DNA of 64,000 nucleotides from a virus, in the IMG/VR virus record IMGVR_UViG_3300024999_000042; one strand, written 5' to 3'. Within the stretch, counting starts at the first letter, position 1; each line of letters starts with the position of its first letter. Shown here in pieces: positions 49,637 to 60,927 of this stretch. The notes below the pieces were generated by a model, which saw only the letters and a list, made by a program, of their open reading frames with translations, was not told the DNA's origin and searched no databases. Both the position numbers and the translations under genes were made by a program.

Positions 49637-49682
49637 TTTTTAATTCCTCCTCTTATTTTATATTTATATATTTAAGATTACA

Positions 49683-50018
49683 TTATACTCCAATTGCGAC
49701 CCATGCTACATTTGCAAATACATCTGCAGCAGCGATAGGTGTTACGTCATTAACAGCAGTTGGCTTCCATGATTTAATTCTTATTTTACCTGCGGTTGGA
49801 GCGTTAGTCTGATTCCCAACCGTACAAGTAGAACTCATATGTGTCATACTTGGATCTCCTACTAAAGATACTGTTGCCCCTAAAACCGTAGTTAAACCAG
49901 TAACAACATCTTCACTCGCTGCTCCTATAGTAGCTGTACCAAATGCAACTTTATATCCTGCTACTAATGCTGTTAAAATTAAATTCTCTTTTGTTGATTT
50001 AAAATTAAAGTCTTCCAT
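49683..50018 (-). CDS. Small head fibre-like protein
   Basis: Ala/Thr/Val rich, ends VAWVAIG like gp53/H-lectin-type fibre tips. Confidence 0.45.
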   Translation of the reverse strand: MEDFNFKSTKENLILTALVAGYKVAFGTATIGAASEDVVTGLTTVLGATVSLVGDPSMTHMSSTCTVGNQTNAPTAGKIRIKSWKPTAVNDVTPIAAADVFANVAWVAIGV

Positions 50019-50048
50019 TGTATTGCCTCCTTTTCTAAATTACTGTGA

Positions 50049-50267
50049 TTACATAATTTCCTTCTCTAAATAAGGTATTCTCTTAATAAAATTTGAAATA
50101 TCAAGAATATTTCCCCTTAATTTAGGATAATCATGTAACGAAATACTAAACTCTTTCTCAATCATATACATTAGATGATTTATTTTTAAGTATTCTTTAT
50201 TACACAAATCCTCTAAACTCATTTCACATTGTGGAGTTTTTATAAGAATTTTACTATTTTTATTCAA
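50049..50267 (-). CDS. Hypothetical protein
   Basis: ORF track, within the operon. Confidence 0.5.
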   Translation of the reverse strand: MNKNSKILIKTPQCEMSLEDLCNKEYLKINHLMYMIEKEFSISLHDYPKLRGNILDISNFIKRIPYLEKEIM

Positions 50268-50279
50268 TTTCTCACCAAC

Positions 50280-50960
50280 TTAATTTAAATAAGAATAAAA
50301 TTCTTGTCTAAACACTTCAATTTGTTCATTTAAATCTTTTAACATTAATGAATATACTTTATATTCCTCAACTTTACTTGGTAGACGATTGAAATCTTTA
50401 GTTCCAATTGAACTTAATAATCTAGTTGATGGTTTTAATAAATACTCGAAATATGCTTTCTTCATATTTAATGAAATTAATTCAATTTCATCTACATCTA
50501 AATCATTGAGCATTATTCCATCAAATGTTTTACTTACAATTAGATTTAAATTCGTATTATCTGTATCAGTAAATGTTAACGTAATTATATCTGTGTCAAT
50601 TTTAGTAATTGTAAGCATAGGATTTTCAATATCATCTAGTTTCACTGTGTAATCAGGTTCTATTGCTGATTTTATTTTTGTAGCAATATTGGATTTTGTA
50701 TCAGTGTTTAATAATGCAATTGTATATGTATCAGAATTAATATTAAAAGTAATATCTCCACTATTTTCAACTAATCCGTAGATTATTAAAACTGCATTAT
50801 CAGAATATAAAGTATAACTCAAATGATGTGGTGTAGTTTTGTAACTATACCCTATGGCAGTTTCAAAAAACTCAAAAACTAAATCTTGTTTGTAAGTGAA
50901 ATCCATATCAGATGTTTTAATGAAAAATTTATCATATATTTTTTGAAGTAAAGTTCCCAA
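50280..50960 (-). CDS. Probable head-tail adaptor
   Basis: IYDKFF, DEIELIS.NMK and IGTKDF motifs; synteny. Confidence 0.5.
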   Translation of the reverse strand: MGTLLQKIYDKFFIKTSDMDFTYKQDLVFEFFETAIGYSYKTTPHHLSYTLYSDNAVLIIYGLVENSGDITFNINSDTYTIALLNTDTKSNIATKIKSAIEPDYTVKLDDIENPMLTITKIDTDIITLTFTDTDNTNLNLIVSKTFDGIMLNDLDVDEIELISLNMKKAYFEYLLKPSTRLLSSIGTKDFNRLPSKVEEYKVYSLMLKDLNEQIEVFRQEFYSYLN

Positions 50961-50987
50961 ACTATATCACCACTTTTCTTAATTTTG

Positions 50988-51476
50988 TTATTCTTTATCA
51001 TCTGTTTTGTCAGTTTTAAATGAAAGACCTGTGTATTCTGTTAAATATTGAATCTTATCATAGTCATTTATCTTCATTTTTTTAGCATAACTAACGATTT
51101 TAGATTTTTCTTGATTTGTGATAATGTTTTCAGTTACATGCTTCTTAAAAGTATTAAATGTCTTATATTCAAATATTTCTTTACATTTTTCATCATTTAA
51201 AATTAGTTGAACTCGCTTTTCTTCTTTATTATCAAAACCAAGATGTTCTCTCATTTCTGCATTTTCAATATAAACACGGGCATGTGAACCAATAGCGTCT
51301 GTACCATTAATAAATAAATTATTATTTTGATTTTGTGTTTCAATTTCCATATTTGGAATATATACAGTTTGATTGGCTTTAATAAATTCATCACCTTCCA
51401 TACTATATCTTTCCCAAGAAACATTCCACTCACATAGATTTTTTACTTTTGAACGACTATTCATATCAATTGCCAT
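50988..51476 (-). CDS. Conserved protein downstream of the capsid gene
   Basis: GSHARVYIE; SPbeta-like synteny. Confidence 0.5.
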   Translation of the reverse strand: MAIDMNSRSKVKNLCEWNVSWERYSMEGDEFIKANQTVYIPNMEIETQNQNNNLFINGTDAIGSHARVYIENAEMREHLGFDNKEEKRVQLILNDEKCKEIFEYKTFNTFKKHVTENIITNQEKSKIVSYAKKMKINDYDKIQYLTEYTGLSFKTDKTDDKE

Positions 51477-51535
51477 AATTGTTTATTCCCTCCATCTTAC
51501 CCTTTATTAATTATTTTGCATTGGTTAATTTTAAA

Positions 51536-51565
51536 AGAAGGACGATTTATCAATACCGTCCTTCT
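51536..51565 (-). terminator. Terminator after the major capsid gene
   Basis: AGAAGGACG-loop-CGTCCTTCT with a U-tract on the minus strand. Confidence 0.75.
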
Positions 51566-51587
51566 CAAGTTTTAATTTTGTTTAAAA

Positions 51588-52703
51588 TTATTCTGCTAGT
51601 GCTGCATCGTAAATATATCCAACTGTTGGAACATATTCAGGAACTAAGTAATTTCCAAATTCCCAATCATATCTTGTGACTTCTGCCCTTAAATTTATAT
51701 CTGTAGCAGTCATAGAAGTCAATCCGCCACGCAAACAAATTTGAAGAGGAGAAATTTGACCTTGTGGCAAGAACCACAAATCAGTTGTAGGTAGTTGAGG
51801 AGCATAAAAATCTCCAGCAGTATTAAGATCAATCATACTATAAGAATTAGGAATTTCAACTACAATACTTCCTTTATATATTTTAATAATACCAGTCTTC
51901 ATTACTTCTTCCATTACATATTCAGGAAATCTAAATTCAGTACCTGCTGCGACCACACTGAAGTTAGCAAGGTCTCCAAGTTTATTTACTGTACTATAAT
52001 CACCCATCATTGTTACTGAAGAACCAAAACGTCTTGCTTTCTTTCTCACATCTTCTACATTTGTCTTTGTAATACCTTCGGCATAATTTTTTAAAGTAGT
52101 AGCTGCAGTAATACCAGCCCTTAAAGCGTTAATATGAGATAGTACCATTTGATTAGTCATATCTGTAAGAACTTGTTCATTTGCCATTGCAAAACCGTCT
52201 GTAGCACCCGATTGTAGTTCTCTATAATCAACTATTATACCTCCGGTAGAAGTCTGAGTAGTCATACTACCAGTTCTTTTTTTGACAGTAGGAAATACAA
52301 AAGCACCAGAGGAAGCTTGAATTCTTGACTTTTCTCCTTGCATTTGATAAACTTCGTAACGCATTTCTTCGTTATATCCTACTTTTGTAACAGTTCCCAT
52401 AGCATTATTGATTGCCAATCTCTTTTCTAAAGGTTGCTTAATAGTGATTGTGCGAATAGCATTTAATTCTGCTTTTGCTTGAGTATTGCCATCATTAGCC
52501 ATTCCTGCTAACGTTTTAATTTTATCCATTGTCGTATCAACTTTTTTACCATACTTAGATACATCTTTTCCATAAACAATATTTGTAAAAATCTCTACAT
52601 CTTCATTCGGATGAGTAGTTGCCATTTTATTCTTAACAATTTTATTAATCTCCACTTGTTCTGCATTCTCTTGTAATTTTGTAAAATCTATTCCAAAACT
52701 CAT
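51588..52703 (-). CDS. Major capsid protein
   Basis: 371 aa; follows scaffold and decoration genes; followed by a strong terminator. Confidence 0.75.
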   Translation of the reverse strand: MSFGIDFTKLQENAEQVEINKIVKNKMATTHPNEDVEIFTNIVYGKDVSKYGKKVDTTMDKIKTLAGMANDGNTQAKAELNAIRTITIKQPLEKRLAINNAMGTVTKVGYNEEMRYEVYQMQGEKSRIQASSGAFVFPTVKKRTGSMTTQTSTGGIIVDYRELQSGATDGFAMANEQVLTDMTNQMVLSHINALRAGITAATTLKNYAEGITKTNVEDVRKKARRFGSSVTMMGDYSTVNKLGDLANFSVVAAGTEFRFPEYVMEEVMKTGIIKIYKGSIVVEIPNSYSMIDLNTAGDFYAPQLPTTDLWFLPQGQISPLQICLRGGLTSMTATDINLRAEVTRYDWEFGNYLVPEYVPTVGYIYDAALAE

Positions 52704-52765
52704 TGTTAATACCTCTTTTCTTTCTTATTATTTATTAATTTAACTAAATCTAAACTTCCTATAAC

Positions 52766-53284
52766 TTAGAGATCGTTTGCCATTACTTCTACAACATAAC
52801 CACCAGCAACAGTTCCACCACCTGCGTCAATTGTAAACGCACCAAAAGTAGTTTTTTTGATTACCTTAAGATAAATCGCATATGTAGAAGGATCTGCTGT
52901 TTTAGTCCATTTTTGAGTATTTGTAGCATCTGCTACAGAACGACCAATGACATAATTACCAACTGCAACATCAGCAAAAGCATCAGTAAACAAATCAGCA
53001 GACATATCAAATTGTAATCCTACACAATCTTTTAATCTAAATGCACGAATATACTCATCTGCAACAACTTTATAATCTTCAGTATTGAGAATCTCTGGTT
53101 TGTCAATGATATTAAACATTACATAAATGTCACCCAATTTTGCAGTAGCCAAATCTGGGACGATTACCTGCGTGTCAGATACAACATTAAATTGATAACC
53201 ATTGTATGTATCCGCAATTGCTTTTACATTAGGTTTGTTGGAAACGTTAAGAAAATTTGAATCATGAAACTTAAATAAACTCAT
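52766..53284 (-). CDS. Capsid-associated (decoration) protein
   Basis: Lies between scaffold and capsid genes; SPbeta-like synteny. Confidence 0.55.
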   Translation of the reverse strand: MSLFKFHDSNFLNVSNKPNVKAIADTYNGYQFNVVSDTQVIVPDLATAKLGDIYVMFNIIDKPEILNTEDYKVVADEYIRAFRLKDCVGLQFDMSADLFTDAFADVAVGNYVIGRSVADATNTQKWTKTADPSTYAIYLKVIKKTTFGAFTIDAGGGTVAGGYVVEVMANDL

Positions 53285-53392
53285 TATTAATTACCTCATT
53301 TCTTTTTATTTTTGTTTTACTGTTTAATCATTGTTATTTAACTATTCTAGAACATTGACATTAACTATATATTTATCTTTACTTTCTAAAAC

Positions 53393-55054
53393 TTAGTTAA
53401 AGAAAGATGGGATACTACCAGGAACCTTTTTCATTTCTTTTTCTTTAATAGAAATAAACATTTCATTTGTAGAATTTACTTCGACATCAGTTGTATCATT
53501 ATTTGCAATCATTTCTTTAAATTTCTTTGCACATAATTCTGCTTCTGCTTTCTTTAATCCGTCCAAATCAATTGCTTCTACAAAAGTTTTAAGAGAATTA
53601 ACTTCTGATTCTTCAAAACCATTTTTTGTAATTTCTGTCTCAAAATAAGAATTAACTTCTGCAATTTTTGCTTCTGATTCTGTTTTAATTTTTGCTTCTC
53701 TGAAAGAATTTACCTCAACATTAAGAGATTCTTTTTCTGCTTTTTCGGATTCAAGTAATTTATTAACCTCTACAATTGTGGTGTTTAGTTCAACTACTTT
53801 ACTATCTAAATCTTGAGTTTTTTCTGTTAAAGTATTAATTTCTACTTGTTTTTCTTCTAGGGATTGGGTCAATGTATTGATTTCTGTTGCTTTTTCCTCC
53901 AAAGATTTATTCAATGAATTAATTTCATTAATTTTATCTTCGATTTTTTGATTAAGTTCTAATACGATTTTTTCATCCATTTTTTTACTTTCCTCCTTTG
54001 TTTGATTATTTAATATATTAATCAGCGTATTGTTAACTTCTACAGATTCTTCACCATCAACTGGTGTCCATCCCTCTGTTACTTTAACAATACTACCAAT
54101 AATAACCTTTGAATTTTCTACAGTATAAGAACTTCCATAATACTCTCCTACACAATGATAGCTTTTCATCACAAATGTTGCACTGGTTGGATAAAATTTA
54201 TGAATATAGTAATATTGATATCCATCATCTGAATCAGAATTTTCTTTATTAAATTTAGTATTAAATCCATTTTCAACTAAAGTTGCAAGATCAGTGATAT
54301 TTAATTCATTTAGTTCGATTGATGTTTTTGTATTTTCATCTCCCAAAATATCATCCTCCTTTCCTGTTTTATCATCATTTGATTTATTTATATCAAGGTC
54401 ATTTTGTTTGGAATTGACCTCAAAAACTATCGAATCGTCGTCTGCTTGATTTTCTAAATTTGATAATATTGCCAATCCAGAGAAATCAAAAATAGTGGGA
54501 ATTCTTCCATCTAACATGCTTCCGTCAGAATTTTTATTTCCATCAAGATATACAATATTCTTAGCTTTTCCTTTTCCATTTATCTCAATAGAACCATAAA
54601 CTTTTCCATTTTCAATTTCTTCCTTTAACCATTTTACAAAAAGATTATATCGTTGTGAATTGATATATCCCTCAGTCATCATTACTTTTTTTATTTGACC
54701 ATCAATTTCTACATCACAAATGTAAGCATCTAATACGCTTCCAACAACTACTCCTTCAAATTTTACATTTCCATCTTCATCAAAACTCATTTCTCCGTGT
54801 CCTGAAGGTATTTGATTTTCTTCATCTGCCCAAGATACTACATAATTCATTCCAATGGCAGATTTAATATTATCTTGAGTATATTCCTCAAGCCATGTGA
54901 TCCCATTTTTATTCCACTTACCTACTTCTGGATGGATAAAATGACTAGACATTTTAATTTTTACGCGTCCAGCAACATCTTCTTCGGACATTTCACAAAT
55001 TTCTATGTATGTATTATCAGAGTTTATATTTGTCTTGTTCACAAAATATATCAC
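53393..55054 (-). CDS. Prohead protease/scaffold protein
   Basis: WNKNGITW, GHG, GSIEI and FSGLAIL N-domain plus long acidic coiled coil with E(I/V/L)N repeats. Confidence 0.7.
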   Translation of the reverse strand: MIYFVNKTNINSDNTYIEICEMSEEDVAGRVKIKMSSHFIHPEVGKWNKNGITWLEEYTQDNIKSAIGMNYVVSWADEENQIPSGHGEMSFDEDGNVKFEGVVVGSVLDAYICDVEIDGQIKKVMMTEGYINSQRYNLFVKWLKEEIENGKVYGSIEINGKGKAKNIVYLDGNKNSDGSMLDGRIPTIFDFSGLAILSNLENQADDDSIVFEVNSKQNDLDINKSNDDKTGKEDDILGDENTKTSIELNELNITDLATLVENGFNTKFNKENSDSDDGYQYYYIHKFYPTSATFVMKSYHCVGEYYGSSYTVENSKVIIGSIVKVTEGWTPVDGEESVEVNNTLINILNNQTKEESKKMDEKIVLELNQKIEDKINEINSLNKSLEEKATEINTLTQSLEEKQVEINTLTEKTQDLDSKVVELNTTIVEVNKLLESEKAEKESLNVEVNSFREAKIKTESEAKIAEVNSYFETEITKNGFEESEVNSLKTFVEAIDLDGLKKAEAELCAKKFKEMIANNDTTDVEVNSTNEMFISIKEKEMKKVPGSIPSFFN

Positions 55055-55080
55055 CTCCTTTCAACTATTTATTATTTAAA

Positions 55081-56721
55081 CTATTTTTTGTTCTCAACTC
55101 TTTGTTCGTTACTTTTTAAGTTTTTTGTTATTAAACCTGATTCTTTTAATTCTGAATTATCCTTTGTAGGTCTTCCTCCTAAATTGCCATCTTCATTTGC
55201 TGTATCAGCACTATCAGTGGCTGTATAACTAGTAATATGAGGAGGATATCGCTCATCAAAACCAGCTTCAATTTCTTCGTCACAAATACTAAGGTAGTCC
55301 TCTGGATCAAATCCACTAGCAGCAATATAGAATTTTCTACTTCCTCCTGCTGTTAAATACAAATCTTTTGCCTTATCATAAACATCTTTCTTGTTTAACC
55401 ATGTAATTGGAAGAAATTTTATATCTATGTAACTGTTTGGCAAAATATTTAAATGTTCATTAATAACTCTAGTTTCTTCTCTTGCTATTTCATTAATATA
55501 TTGAAATACTTGAGCAGATAGTAAATCTAAATTAATTTGTAAACTTCCCAGATTAGCACTATTGCTTTCGGCATTTAAAGCAGAACTAGCAATACCTAAA
55601 CCTGTTGCTATCTTTTTCATATTCTCATCACTTAAAGTATCTTTTATCAAAGAAGAATCTTTACTAAGTCTACTTATTTCTGTTCCAGGAGCGAGGCTGA
55701 GGGTTGAGATTTTTGCGACATTTCCACTTGTATTTACTTTTACTGCACCTTTGAACGCTTCAATAACTTCTTTTTGTTGAGTTGAATTAAGACTAGAAGA
55801 TCCTTTCTTTTCGCCCTCTGGGAGAATGATGTAATAAATACTACTAGCTAATTCACTAATTAATTGATATTGACTATCATCATAATCTTGACTTGATTTC
55901 ATATCCGTAAACGCTGAAATGCCAAATGGAATCCCCCATGTATCAATTTCATTAGCTTTTGCTTTTAAAGCAATAGTTTTTCTATAATCTAAAATAAACC
56001 ATCTTTTACTAGCATCTTTCTTATAGTCCATATAAGCTTTTACAAAATTACGTGGATAATTCTTAATCTCATTTAATAATCCACCATATTTGAATTGATC
56101 AAAATACATCATATCAAATGCAGTAATACTAACATTGTTCTGAAATCCAATTATTTTACAATAATCTAAATCAAGTGGTTGAATCATAAAGTTATCATCC
56201 AATGATAAACCTTCTAATCTATCAAGAGTTTCTACTGTCATTGAACCTGTATCTAAGTTTTTATTGCTTGAAGTTGTGTCTCTCAAAATCCCAACATACG
56301 AACCGTCGATGAATAAATGTCTTAAAATATCCCTTGTCGTCCGATCTATATTTAATATTTTAAGTAAAGTGTTAAACTTAGTTTTATTATCTTTCATCTG
56401 TGGAGTTTTATTTCTTAATGTAGTAATATAAGATAATGTAGGAAGTGCTATCATCCGATCTATGCTCTGACCATATAATCCATTTAAACTATACGATTGC
56501 CTTGATATAGTTCTCAATATTTCATTATATATCATTGGATATTTTACATATTGTTTTAAATCACTCATGGGGATATTATCTGTATCTAGTCTTCCTGTTG
56601 AAAATGAATATGAATTATAGGATAATGAGTTTAATTCTATTTCATTTGAGAATTGAGTTGAATATGGAGAATCGGATTGGGAGGAGATGTTTAATTCTGT
56701 TGGGGTTATTTTTTTTGTCAA
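55081..56721 (-). CDS. Portal protein
   Basis: 546 aa, immediately after the terminase; C-terminal GGRP motif. Confidence 0.75.
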   Translation of the reverse strand: MTKKITPTELNISSQSDSPYSTQFSNEIELNSLSYNSYSFSTGRLDTDNIPMSDLKQYVKYPMIYNEILRTISRQSYSLNGLYGQSIDRMIALPTLSYITTLRNKTPQMKDNKTKFNTLLKILNIDRTTRDILRHLFIDGSYVGILRDTTSSNKNLDTGSMTVETLDRLEGLSLDDNFMIQPLDLDYCKIIGFQNNVSITAFDMMYFDQFKYGGLLNEIKNYPRNFVKAYMDYKKDASKRWFILDYRKTIALKAKANEIDTWGIPFGISAFTDMKSSQDYDDSQYQLISELASSIYYIILPEGEKKGSSSLNSTQQKEVIEAFKGAVKVNTSGNVAKISTLSLAPGTEISRLSKDSSLIKDTLSDENMKKIATGLGIASSALNAESNSANLGSLQINLDLLSAQVFQYINEIAREETRVINEHLNILPNSYIDIKFLPITWLNKKDVYDKAKDLYLTAGGSRKFYIAASGFDPEDYLSICDEEIEAGFDERYPPHITSYTATDSADTANEDGNLGGRPTKDNSELKESGLITKNLKSNEQRVENKK

Positions 56722-56757
56722 ATTGGAGATGCCTCCTTTCTTTAAGTGGTTATGTTA

Positions 56758-59700
56758 TTAAGAGTATGAGAATACAAAATCGAAATCCGAATCGTCTTCT
56801 TCATGCTCTAAAAACATAGCAATATAATACAGAGCGTAAACCGTGGCAGAATAACGGTCTTTATCTAGTCTTTTAATAACTGGTTCTACCGTTACAGCAG
56901 TTTGAGTTTTCTTTAATTTTAAATTTGCTACTTCATCAATTAATAATTGAACTTGAGTACATGCTAATTCATAGTTAAGCAAATCAGCCTCTTTTAAATC
57001 TTTTGGCAAATCATCCTTAATATCATCATAAGTTTTAATTAATTTTAGTGTGTTTGATTCAACATAATTAATAAAAGTTCTAATGATATCACCATTTATC
57101 CCTTGTGCCTTTAAAACATAAAGCATCTTTGGTGCATTAGAAGTTTTAGATTTATCTTCTGTATTTATAGTTGCCCATGCACCATATTCTTTATTTGTTT
57201 CAAAGTCTGTAACATCTTCAAGCAATTTTTCAACTAAACCCTGTCCAATGGTGTTCCCGTCGATTATTACAGCTTTTACTCTTGATTTTGTTAAATCTAA
57301 GTTGCCACCATATTTATAAAATATTCTTTTGACTATTACAGACTGTTCTTCATAATTCAATCCATTCGGTGGATTTATTATGTTGTGTAATTGAATTTGC
57401 CTAATAGAACCACTTTCATTTCTAATAATTTTTAAAACTACTATAGAAGTTTTATTATTACTTTCAGATGCACTTCTTGCAACGTCTACTCCAATTACAT
57501 ATTCGCATATATCTAAATTTCCTTTTTTATCTCTCGGACATTCCATTTCAGGAGGAGAAACAACTCTTGCTTTAATCAATTTACTGATATTAATTAATGC
57601 CCCATCACTTACTCCTACCCAGTCACATAAATAATTCTGTTTAAATCGAATAATATTACTTTTTCTTGCTTTATCAATTACCGATTTTTTTTGTCTACCA
57701 AAATGAACGGGGATAAACCAATCTGAACCGAATACAAAAGTTCCTTTTAAATCATTCATGTCTCTTGACATAGTTAATATTTTAGAAAACTCATCTGAAT
57801 TTTTATATCCAGATGTAGAATATCTATTTATTGCACCATTTAACTCTTCGGGATCTATATCTCCAGTCATTGTTGTCCTTGCCATATTAAAAATTGGCTC
57901 AATACAATCATCATAGGTATCTTTGTCAATTAATGCAGATTCTTCCAGACCGCCTCTCCTACGTCTCAAACCTTTGCTTTGTTGGCTATTTGCAAGATTG
58001 TCTACTACTGCACCGTTTACAAACTCTACTCTTCCACTATCTTTAGAAAAATTAGCCGATCTTATATTCGGTGCAAAATCAGGATAGAATCTTAATAGTT
58101 CATCATGCTTATCTTTCCAAATCTTAACCGCAGATTCTTTGGTGGACGCAGTAATTGATAAGGTGATATTTGGGAAACAACAAGCCGTATGATATTGAGA
58201 CATAATATGAATCTGAGTGTTATGACTAATCAAACCATTGCTTACAAAAGAATTTGTTTCTGGCATGTGAACATCATATACATAATTCTCACTATTCTCT
58301 ATATTTGTAACCTCAGAATAAAAATAATTTAACTGCAATAATTTTAATAGTTCATTCCATTCAGCACATTCTTTATTTGTAAAGCTTTCTTCTGCACTCA
58401 ATAATAGATTTAATTTTTCATATGTAAGTTGGTTGTTGCCCTTTAATACATGATAAAATTTATCCCTAGTATATCCTCGTGGATAAATTTTATTTATATT
58501 GTTGATTTGATGAGGGATTATGTCTTTATTAGGGTTCCTTTTAACTTCGCAACTTGAAATTAATTTACTTTGCTTTCTTCTACAACTAAACCCTATTTCT
58601 CGAAGAAATATATCAGCATTTAATGATGATATAGTAATAATATAATGATATGTTTTAAATTTTTTATCATATTGTTTATCTCTTCTCGATATTATACCCA
58701 AATTTAGTAAAAGCATTTGAACTTGTTTTCCCATTTTTTCTGAAGCTGTGCAAAGTTGAACCTTACCTGCAACTACACATCCATCAGTATCAAATAATCC
58801 TTGTAGCGTTTTTACAACTATATTTTTAGGTGCGGACATTATTAATTGTGGAATTTCTTTTGTAAAAGCATTAGATTGTTTTAACCCCATATGATTAAAT
58901 ATTTCTCTAACTCCTTTTCCACAAATATAATAATTTATTTTATCTTTTTGTTTGACTTTCATATTCAATTCTTTTTCAAAGTAATCCCTAAAATTATTTA
59001 AAATATCTTCATCTTCATTTGTAAACCAAATAGAATTATCTCTTGTTAAACTACCATCTCCTAATAAATATCCTATTATCAAAGCTAATTTTTCAGTTAA
59101 TTCTGTTGGTATTATTGGCATATTTCTTTTAATTTGCCATGAAGAATATTTGTTAAGAGAATTAAAATAATTTTCAGTATTGAAATTAATTTTTGTATTT
59201 TTGCCCCATACATCATTATTTCTTGAAATAGCCAAAAAATCGCCAATTTTAATGTCCTCTGAATTTTTATATTTCAAAGTTCCATTTTCACACATCACTA
59301 ATAATGGATGGTTTTCTGTACTCTCAATATAATATCCTTCTTGTGTATTTATTATTTTTGTTTTTCTTAATCCACTTGAAACACCAGCAATAGAATTTTC
59401 CATATCTCCATATTTATTCTTCATTTTTATGTTGTGAATTTGTTCAAATTCCTCATTACTTTTATCATAATTAAAATATAATCCAATTTCTTCCAAACCA
59501 TTTTCAGTAAATATAATCGTATCACCAGATACGCATTTGGAAATTCCTCTAGGTGCACAAAAGTAATTTTCAGGGAATCGGGATAATAATCTAAGCATAA
59601 CCCTCTGATGTAAATCAAAATTCATACCACCACTCTCAGGCTTGTATAAGTCCCAAAATATATCTGGCATCCAACGCAGATATGAACACAATTCTGAAAA

Positions 59701-59838
59701 TTCTTGTATGTTTTTTGAAACTATGGTTGAATTGTATTCAGATTCTTTTATAGGTGATTCAAATGCTGATTCATATATATCATATCTATCATGTTCATTT
59801 TTTTTATTTTTGTTTTCAAAGTTATTATATCCTGCCAT
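56758..59838 (-). CDS. Terminase large subunit containing an intein
   Basis: Walker A APRGISK/T split by the intein; GLRRRRGGLEES; nuclease GVDVAR, IDGNTIG, DKDRYSA. Confidence 0.92.
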   Translation of the reverse strand: MAGYNNFENKNKKNEHDRYDIYESAFESPIKESEYNSTIVSKNIQEFSELCSYLRWMPDIFWDLYKPESGGMNFDLHQRVMLRLLSRFPENYFCAPRGISKCVSGDTIIFTENGLEEIGLYFNYDKSNEEFEQIHNIKMKNKYGDMENSIAGVSSGLRKTKIINTQEGYYIESTENHPLLVMCENGTLKYKNSEDIKIGDFLAISRNNDVWGKNTKINFNTENYFNSLNKYSSWQIKRNMPIIPTELTEKLALIIGYLLGDGSLTRDNSIWFTNEDEDILNNFRDYFEKELNMKVKQKDKINYYICGKGVREIFNHMGLKQSNAFTKEIPQLIMSAPKNIVVKTLQGLFDTDGCVVAGKVQLCTASEKMGKQVQMLLLNLGIISRRDKQYDKKFKTYHYIITISSLNADIFLREIGFSCRRKQSKLISSCEVKRNPNKDIIPHQINNINKIYPRGYTRDKFYHVLKGNNQLTYEKLNLLLSAEESFTNKECAEWNELLKLLQLNYFYSEVTNIENSENYVYDVHMPETNSFVSNGLISHNTQIHIMSQYHTACCFPNITLSITASTKESAVKIWKDKHDELLRFYPDFAPNIRSANFSKDSGRVEFVNGAVVDNLANSQQSKGLRRRRGGLEESALIDKDTYDDCIEPIFNMARTTMTGDIDPEELNGAINRYSTSGYKNSDEFSKILTMSRDMNDLKGTFVFGSDWFIPVHFGRQKKSVIDKARKSNIIRFKQNYLCDWVGVSDGALINISKLIKARVVSPPEMECPRDKKGNLDICEYVIGVDVARSASESNNKTSIVVLKIIRNESGSIRQIQLHNIINPPNGLNYEEQSVIVKRIFYKYGGNLDLTKSRVKAVIIDGNTIGQGLVEKLLEDVTDFETNKEYGAWATINTEDKSKTSNAPKMLYVLKAQGINGDIIRTFINYVESNTLKLIKTYDDIKDDLPKDLKEADLLNYELACTQVQLLIDEVANLKLKKTQTAVTVEPVIKRLDKDRYSATVYALYYIAMFLEHEEDDSDFDFVFSYS
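58219..59535 (-). mobile_element. Intein with LAGLIDADG homing endonuclease (439 aa)
   Basis: Begins CVSGDT, block B STENHPL, IGYLLGDG and LQGLFDTDG, ends VYDVH...NGLISHN followed by Thr. Confidence 0.95.
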
Positions 59839-59839
59839 A

Positions 59840-60898
59840 TCATTCGCCTTCTTCGTAGATGGGTTCTTTATAAACCTTTCCTAAATCTCTAAAAATACCA
59901 TTTCTTTTATTTTTCTCATTCTTTATTTGGTCTTCTGTAAAACCTTGATTGTTAAAAAATTCATTAAGCATTTCATCATAAAAAGTCCATATCTCTCTAT
60001 ATTCAATCCTAGATTTATCTTCTAACCTTCTGTTATAATTTACAATACACCAAATAATTAAATCTGCATCATCCATTGGTTGTTCTTTTAATTTTGGTAA
60101 AATTGAAATTATACCGACTTTTGCCTCAACTGCTTCAAATAATTGTGGTAATAATTCTACTCCACCACTAATGTCAGATTTAGATAATTGAGAAACATTG
60201 ATTTTTGCTGCTGTGGCAGAGTCCTTTGCCAAAGAAGCCCATTCTTTTGCCTCTTTTACATCTCCTCTGGCAGTAGCAAGTTCTTCTTTAACTCTAAAAC
60301 GAATATACGTTATTAATCCTTCTATATGAAAAGAAGTTTTTTCGCCATAATTATCTATAAGCTTATTCCACTTCTTTTCAAAATAATTATATTCATCTGA
60401 TTGGTATCCAAATCCCCATTTTTCAATTATTTCATCTGTAAGAATAAAGTTAGGTTGTTTTGACGAAATATTATTACTTATATTCTGCTGGTCTAATGAA
60501 TTATCATAATTTAACTCACTATTTAATTGTGGCCTAAAAACAGAATCTTTCCATGTTAATTCCCTGTTTTGCTTTAAGCATAAGTTTTTCATGTACGCAC
60601 CAAAAGTATCTGACTTATCTTCTAGTGATATTTTGTAAAGATCAAAAATAAATGGTCTATCAATCAATTGCAACGTTGACTGTAATTTATCTAAAGTTAC
60701 ATTTCCGTTATCATCACTTATCATCTTTTTTAGACATGATTTACAATAGGGTATACGTCCAGAAGAATGGATTTTATTGTAACTAACATAATAATCTCTT
60801 TCATTTTTTAAGTTTGTACAAGCAGCACAAGTTAAACTTAACTCTTTTTTTGGAATATGCGGTTTTACTGTTTTTCCAACTCTAGGAATAGGTCTCAC
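59840..60898 (-). CDS. Probable terminase small subunit with N-terminal Zn finger
   Basis: CAAC...YCKSC, IEKWGFGY; directly upstream of the large terminase. Confidence 0.55.
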   Translation of the reverse strand: MRPIPRVGKTVKPHIPKKELSLTCAACTNLKNERDYYVSYNKIHSSGRIPYCKSCLKKMISDDNGNVTLDKLQSTLQLIDRPFIFDLYKISLEDKSDTFGAYMKNLCLKQNRELTWKDSVFRPQLNSELNYDNSLDQQNISNNISSKQPNFILTDEIIEKWGFGYQSDEYNYFEKKWNKLIDNYGEKTSFHIEGLITYIRFRVKEELATARGDVKEAKEWASLAKDSATAAKINVSQLSKSDISGGVELLPQLFEAVEAKVGIISILPKLKEQPMDDADLIIWCIVNYNRRLEDKSRIEYREIWTFYDEMLNEFFNNQGFTEDQIKNEKNKRNGIFRDLGKVYKEPIYEEGE

Positions 60899-60927
60899 CT
60901 CTTTTTAATTAAATAAAGAAGAAGTAT

